From: Eledone cirrhosa
Lineage: Eukaryota
Assembly (NCBI GenBank): GCA_964016885.1
Contig: OZ024746.1
Span: 54,808,001 to 54,872,000 of the forward strand
Direction: 5' to 3'
Length of the DNA stretch: 64,000 nt
Positions 57,860 to 64,000 of this stretch are shown piece after piece. A program made the translations under genes and the position numbers. The first letter of the stretch is position 1; every line of letters begins with the position of its first letter. Below the pieces are notes generated by a model, which saw only the letters and a program-made list of their open reading frames with translations, did not search any database and was not told the origin of the DNA.

Positions 57860-58046
57860 AACTGTTTCTACTTTTGGCACAAGGCCAGCAATTATTCCAG
57901 CACATTACTGGTACTTTATTTTATCGACCCCGTAAGGATGAAAGGCAAAGTTAACCTCGGCGGGATTTGAACTCAGATCGTAAAGGGACGTAACTATGTT
58001 GGAAAGCATGTCCGACACACTACCGATACTGCCAACTGACCGCCCA
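57860..58046 (-). mobile_element. tRNA-derived SINE
   Basis: Reverse complement of the consensus. Confidence 0.88.
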
Positions 58047-58961
58047 AAGAATATATATATAACGTTAATATTTATGATTGATAGTGACGGTTTATTTCTA
58101 AGTTTTACCAATACATGCTTCTTTCTTAAAGCCCGGATAATTGAACCTGTGAACTAAAGAGTCACTATCAATAGTAAATAATATTCTGCCTCCACAAACA
58201 TTATCGACTATTTTTCAGTGCATATCTACTGTAACGTAAATACATAAGCCTATAAAAAAGTCTATACACCCCCAGCACGCAACACATGCTCACACAGACA
58301 CACTTAAACATACTCATATACTCACTCACACAGAAAACACACATATGTATATATAGTCGTGTTCATTTTTTCCAGTGTCCTTGATCCTATATTAGAGATC
58401 AATTTATGAGCGTTGGGAGGTAAAATCATCCAAGCAGTAAACAAGGCATATTTAGTGTAATTTTCCTTCTAGAGTCAACGTAGTGATAATATTGACAGAA
58501 ATATGCTGATGCTGGCTTTGTGGTTAGGTTGTTCTGCTTACGGACTTATAGGCGTAAGTTCGATTCCCACAATCATGTTTTATCCGCGAGGGAGACAATT
58601 TATTTATATTTCCTTCAGTGCATTAAGCTGTTGTATATTTTTCTCAATGGGGGCAGCGTTATCAACAACCAACACGCTGAATTTCCGTGAAAACTAAGTT
58701 AAGTATGCACGTATTTATAATATGCTGTACCATTTGCCGTTAAATTTCCTGAGCCTAGCAGCTATTCCATTGATGAAACAACTGAAAAAAACTACTGGCT
58801 GTTGCTACCGATTAATGTCCACCAACACAAAAACAACCACATGAGCCATCTATGGTGCCTCTAAGCTGTCGCTCAACCTGCTAGACATAGTAGCTATTTT
58901 CTTGTAAACCTTTCTTTGTTAGTGGGAATGATGATAGTAGTCTTGTCCGGGTGGTGGGATT

Positions 58962-59338
58962 TAATAATTGTTTCTACTATTGGCACATGGCCAGCAGTTA
59001 TCTCAGTACATTACTGGTACGTTATTTTATCGACCCCGTAAGGATGAGGTTAACCGCGTCGTGATTTAAACTCAGATCATAAAGGGGCGTAACTTTGCTG
59101 TAAGGCATGGCGTCCGCCCCTCTACCGATATTGTCAATTCACCGCCCTTTATCCCGTGGGATTTAATAATTGTTTCTACTTTTTGGCACAAGGCCAGCAA
59201 TTATCTCAGTGTATTACTGGAACTTTATTTGATCGACCCCGTAAGGATGAAAGGCAAAGTTAACCTCGGCGGGATTTGAACTCAGAATGGCAAGGGCCGT
59301 AACTCTATGCTTGGCGTCCGACACTCTACCGATACTGC
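58962..59338 (-). mobile_element. Two tandem tRNA-derived SINE copies (58962-59147, 59163-59338)
   Basis: Both match the consensus; gtgggatttaataattg precedes each copy. Confidence 0.87.
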
Positions 59339-59799
59339 CTTAATAATGCTACAATTTTTTGTCCTGACATATTTGTAGGTTCTGTTGATTGTTCAGCCAT
59401 TTGCATGTTAATTTCACTTGACAGCCTGTGTACTATTCGTTGTCTACATCGATGGAGACTCAACTCATTTGACAGTAATAGTAGAAGTTGTAGTAAAAGT
59501 AGTGGTGGTGGAGGAGGTGGAAGTAGTAGTTCTATCAACGTACTACGATCTATTAATTAGACTACAGCCTTCTCATATTTATATGTGTGGTTTCTGTGAA
59601 TGTTACAAATCCCCCACTTAGTACAGTATATTATGTTTTATATCCCAAGGGTGAACATTATATTTCCCTTTGGATCGCAGGTCTTTTAGTGTGAAGATAT
59701 CGGTTGAAACCTAATACTAGCAAAACTAACATGGACAATTAAATACACACGCAGTCAGACACACACATATACATATATAACTAACGCTCACACACACAA

Positions 59800-59847
<48 letters not shown>

Positions 59848-60098
59848 GTATTTATTAACTAGTGTTATATATAATTAGAGAAAGAAGAAAATACACACAC
59901 ACGGGCGTGTGTGTATATATATATATATACTGTGAAGAGATCACTTTCATTTGTATTGCCCAGGAGATTCATGAATTTAAATAAGATTTTAGCCAGTTAT
60001 TCATAACTACTCCTATCATTCACTTAATTAGATACATACATACACGCGCCCAAGCACTCAAACACACAGACACAGATACATGTATATATACATACACG

Positions 60099-60142
<44 letters not shown>

Positions 60143-60351
60143 CGTATTTAAGAAAGCCACAACAATGCAAAGGGAAATCTCGAGGTAGGAAGTGAAATAT
60201 AGATAGGAAAAACAGGTGAAAGTGAAAATTGAGAGAGACAAAGATGAAAACAAAACAAAGGTAGAAGGGTTACCGTAGTAGAGATTTAATCCCAATATTT
60301 CGGGCTCACGCTCATCAACGGGGTAAAAGTTCCAAAAGGGGGGAAACAGGC

Positions 60352-60453
60352 TAATGAATAAAAACAAAGAAACAGTTCCTTATATTAAAAAACAGTTCCT
60401 TATATTAAAGAATTTTTTAATATAAGGAACTGTTTCTTTGTTTTTATTCATTA
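60352..60453. repeat. Fold-back with internal 20-bp duplication; related sequence at 7316-7355
   Basis: taatgaataaaaacaaagaaacagttccttatattaaaa and its reverse complement. Confidence 0.75.
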
Positions 60454-60595
60454 TTTTTATTAATTTATCTTGACTCTGTTTTCCTGTGTTTTTCATCGAA
60501 ACATTTTTGAATACATCTTCTCTTTTCATGATATTTGGATTACATTGAGTTCTTCATACGGATTGGACACTACCGTATATTTTGGTAGATTTATC

Positions 60596-60630
<35 letters not shown>

Positions 60631-60921
60631 AAAGTATGTCCATAGAATCATTTGATAAAATATATACACCATTTCCTCTCCCAATTGGCATAATTAACCA
60701 CATAAAAAATCAATTAGACCAGGCTATAAGATTAAAGGCTCCTATGAAGAAATATTTGATAAATAAATGAGAGCAGCCCCTTCGCGGCCGACCGCAATAG
60801 AATATTTACCCAACATTTCAACAGCATGTAGAAATCGACTAAATATACCGTCAACCATACACAATTAGGTATAAATATAAATTTAAAGTTAGAAGAAATG
60901 CGTACACTCTTACCATGATTA

Positions 60922-61003
60922 TGTCCCTACCCTGGGGTTTCGTTCGCGTTTTGAGATATCCTATTAAAGATAAAATCTCGAGTTTCGAACTCATCAGGAG
61001 ACA
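60922..61003 (-). ncRNA. Type I hammerhead ribozyme with extended stem II
   Basis: tgtctc-CTGATGA-gttcg...gagat...atctc...cgaac-GAAA-ccc ca ggg-TA-gggaca; canonical core. Confidence 0.85.
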
Positions 61004-61015
61004 AACTCATAGCAC

Positions 61016-61086
<71 letters not shown>

Positions 61087-61754
61087 ACTAATGAATTTAC
61101 AGAATCACGCTAGCACAAGATGCTTTGGGCAACTCTGTCATTGGAACACGTCCCACAGTTGAACAAATCAATTAGGGTTATCAATAAAATGAATACGACT
61201 AATATAAACCAATCGATAATCGAATCAATTAAGACAAATATAACCAAATATTGATATATACCAAAACAAGCACCAGTTTCAAAAATGCCAAAGTGGTAGT
61301 ATCACCAACGTAAATAAGTGTTTATTCCAACATTCAGTTATATAACAACCACGAAATAACATACGGATCTTCAATGTGTATTGTGCAGTATATATTTATC
61401 TTATATACTCTATTTTCAGTGATATGTATATGAAATGCAGGCGTCCCTACGCAAATATCTATAATAATATTCGATCGTGATAATTAATAATTGTGACTGT
61501 TGTATGTAGAACCACAGGAGAAGGGAAAGAGTGAACATAGGTGTCTGTCAGATATCGAACCACGTATCAATCGGAAACCGGGATTCATTGTTAGACTTAG
61601 ATGCGCCTGACCGAAAATCCTGTTTGTTTAAGATATTAAACCTGAAGAATGTACACTTAGCATCTATTATATATAGCTATAATTTTAGTCAGAGACACTA
61701 CCATTCAGATTTCAATTCACCCCCCCCCCCCATTTCTCCCTATATGGTGTATAT

Positions 61755-61948
61755 AATAATTGCTTCTACTTTACGCACAAGGCCAGCAATTATATCAGTG
61801 GATTACTGGTACTTTATTTTATCGACCCTGTAAGGATGAAAGGCAAAGTTAACATCAGCGGGATTTGAACTCAGATCATAAAGGGCCATAACTCTATGCC
61901 GCAAAGCATGGCGTCCGACCCTCTACCCATACTGCCAATCCACCGCCT
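61755..61948 (-). mobile_element. tRNA-derived SINE, full length
   Basis: Reverse complement of the consensus starting at aggcggtggattggcagt. Confidence 0.9.
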
Positions 61949-62189
61949 GTATATAATAATGTATCTATTCATTCTGTTGAATTAAAAAAAAAAAAAATTT
62001 TAAATATACATCTATTCTTTTTCACTTTTTGTTTTTACTTATGTATATATATATATATATATGTGTATGCATATATATGTATATATGCACATATGTATGT
62101 ATATATGTGTATATGCATTTGTATATAACTATAAATATATATATGTTGCTGAATTAAGAAACATTTGGACGTGAGTCTACATCTGAAAG

Positions 62190-62282
62190 CACATATCTGA
62201 GGAGCTTTCGATTCCAGATTCAGGAACGAACATAATCGATCGTTCCTCGAACTGATCGGCAGTGAAACATATGTAATATGTG
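62190..62282 (+). ncRNA. Type I hammerhead ribozyme with extended stem II
   Basis: cacatat-CTGAGGA-gct...aggaacga..tcgttcct...agt-GAAA-catatg-TA-atatgtg; 7-bp stem I, palindromic stem III acatatgt. Confidence 0.85.
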
Positions 62283-62340
62283 ACTAAATATATGATGCAA
62301 CGCTGATTCTTAGTTCCCTAATTATTATTATTATTATTAA

Positions 62341-62738
62341 AGGCGGTGGATTGGCAGTATCGGTAGAGAGTCAGACGCCATGCTTTGACGCAAAGAGTTA
62401 CGTCCCTTTCCATTCTGAGTTCAAATCCCGCCGAGGTTAACTTTGCCTTTCATCCTTACGGGGTCGATAAAATATAGTACCAGTAATGCACTGAGTAATT
62501 GCTGGCCTTGTGCCTAAAGTAGAAACAATTATTATTATTAATATTGTCACTCTGGTGGATTGGCAGTATCGGTAGAGGGTCGGACGCCATGCTTTGCAAG
62601 AAAGAGTTACGGCGCTTTATTGATCAAATCTCGCCGAGGTTAACCATGCCTTTCATCCTTACGGGGTCAACAAAATAAAGCACCAGTAATACACTGGTAT
62701 AATTGCTGGCCTTGTACCAAAAGTAGAAACAATTTATT
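62341..62738 (+). mobile_element. Two tandem tRNA-derived SINE copies (62341-62540, 62554-62738)
   Basis: A-box-like tggcagtatcggtag, B box gagttcaaatcc (first copy), Nin/Deu-like central block, (TTA)n tail. Confidence 0.9.
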
Positions 62739-63191
62739 AATGGCACTCTTCTCCCCAATAGCACCGAGTGTTCATCTTCGCATACCACCTGTGAACACAA
62801 TCCGATTGCACACTTTACTACTATATATATCTATATATTTTATCGAACCCTTTTTTATTATCATTTCCTTATATATTGTATGTATGTATTCATATATATT
62901 TAAACATTTTAATACAAAAAAAAAAGTCTAATATTGGATTTCACCATTTTCCAACCGACAATCATAATAAATATCCATTCAGTTCCACCTATGTTCTTTC
63001 CGCAAACATCACATGCACCATCTCTATAGTTACACTAAACAATCTGCTGACTCGTTGAAAGACCTTCATAGTGACTGACAAATTACTAGCACAATTGTTA
63101 CTGACAAAAGACGGAAGTTAATCAAATCTCTCTCATTGTTCATAGCTGCCATATTTGATCTGAAACATGGCCTATCCTTATCTCTCTTTCT

Positions 63192-63266
<75 letters not shown>

Positions 63267-63739
63267 GTGTGTGTGTGCGTGTGTGTGTGTTTGCATAAAT
63301 ATATGTATACATATGTGTGTGCATAAATATATGTATAAATGTGTGTGTGTGCATAAATATATATGTGTGTGTGTGTATAAATGTGTGTGTATGCATAAAT
63401 ATATGCATAAATGTGTGTATATGAGTGTATGTATTGGTGTGTTTATATTATATGAGTGTATGCATGTGTTGTGAATATGTTATAACATATATGTACATAT
63501 ATGTTATGAATGTATATATATACACCTACGTAATACATAGATTATTAAGTCTCAAGATTTTTATTCAGTTATTCTGTTATACCACATAGTTCGTGCGTAT
63601 AATGTATTAGAACAGCGTGATTATACATGTCATTAAATATTCAGTGAATAAAATATAACACAAGAAAAATGAGTAAAAATGATTGCGAATGCAAAATCAT
63701 AGAGTTATAAAAATGAAATTTTGTTTACTATACCTACAT

Positions 63740-64000
63740 ATCAGTTTATAACACACACACACTGACACTGGCATACTCACATACACAAGCATACACACAC
63801 GTATACACACGCACATACATACTCACGCGTATGCATACTGACGTACATACATACTCACGCACATACATTCTCACGCACATACATACTCACGCGCGTACAT
63901 ACTTTGCACATACATACTCACGTGCATACATACTCACAGACATATGCATACTGACAAATATACATACTCACGAAATACATATATACACACGCACATACAT
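63740..64000. repeat. Degenerate catacatactcacg minisatellite
   Basis: Read directly. Confidence 0.85.

Noticed and set aside
60291-60323. TTGATGA...GAAATATT hammerhead-like motif (minus strand)
   Set aside because: Uncompensated C3U change and poor stems.
62341-62435. tRNA gene
   Set aside because: A/B-box-like motifs belong to a multi-copy SINE head; no complete cloverleaf.
63066-63165. Possible minus-strand terminal exon (tttcag|IKYGSYEQ*)
   Set aside because: Too short, no polypyrimidine tract and no recognisable homology.

Overview
This is repeat-saturated, AT-rich eukaryotic (animal) genomic DNA, probably an octopod cephalopod; that assignment is an inference from the SINE family and the extreme (TA)n density. 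Roughly 40-45% is microsatellite, which explains almost all of the ORF track. No host gene can be firmly called. Recognisable content: one apparently intact, full-length Tx1/L1-clade LINE (ORF1 + ORF2) sitting inside a (TATC)n tract; several truncated or disrupted Penelope-like elements (PLEs: RT plus C-terminal GIY-YIG, resembling the Naiad type); CR1-like and RTE fragments; about 12 copies of a tRNA-derived SINE; and a 1.8-kb triplet-based minisatellite. The main hidden signal is RNA structure. I can fold about 16 type I hammerhead ribozymes (HHRs) from about 11 sequence families by eye. They lie in PLE pseudo-LTRs and in small non-coding 470-590 bp units that are tandem, terminally redundant or circularly permuted, and 5'-inverted like PLE insertions. 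This fits a family of PLE-mobilised, circular-RNA 'retrozyme'-like elements. One has a compensatory U3-A8 catalytic core, and two share an octamer-containing putative promoter block.
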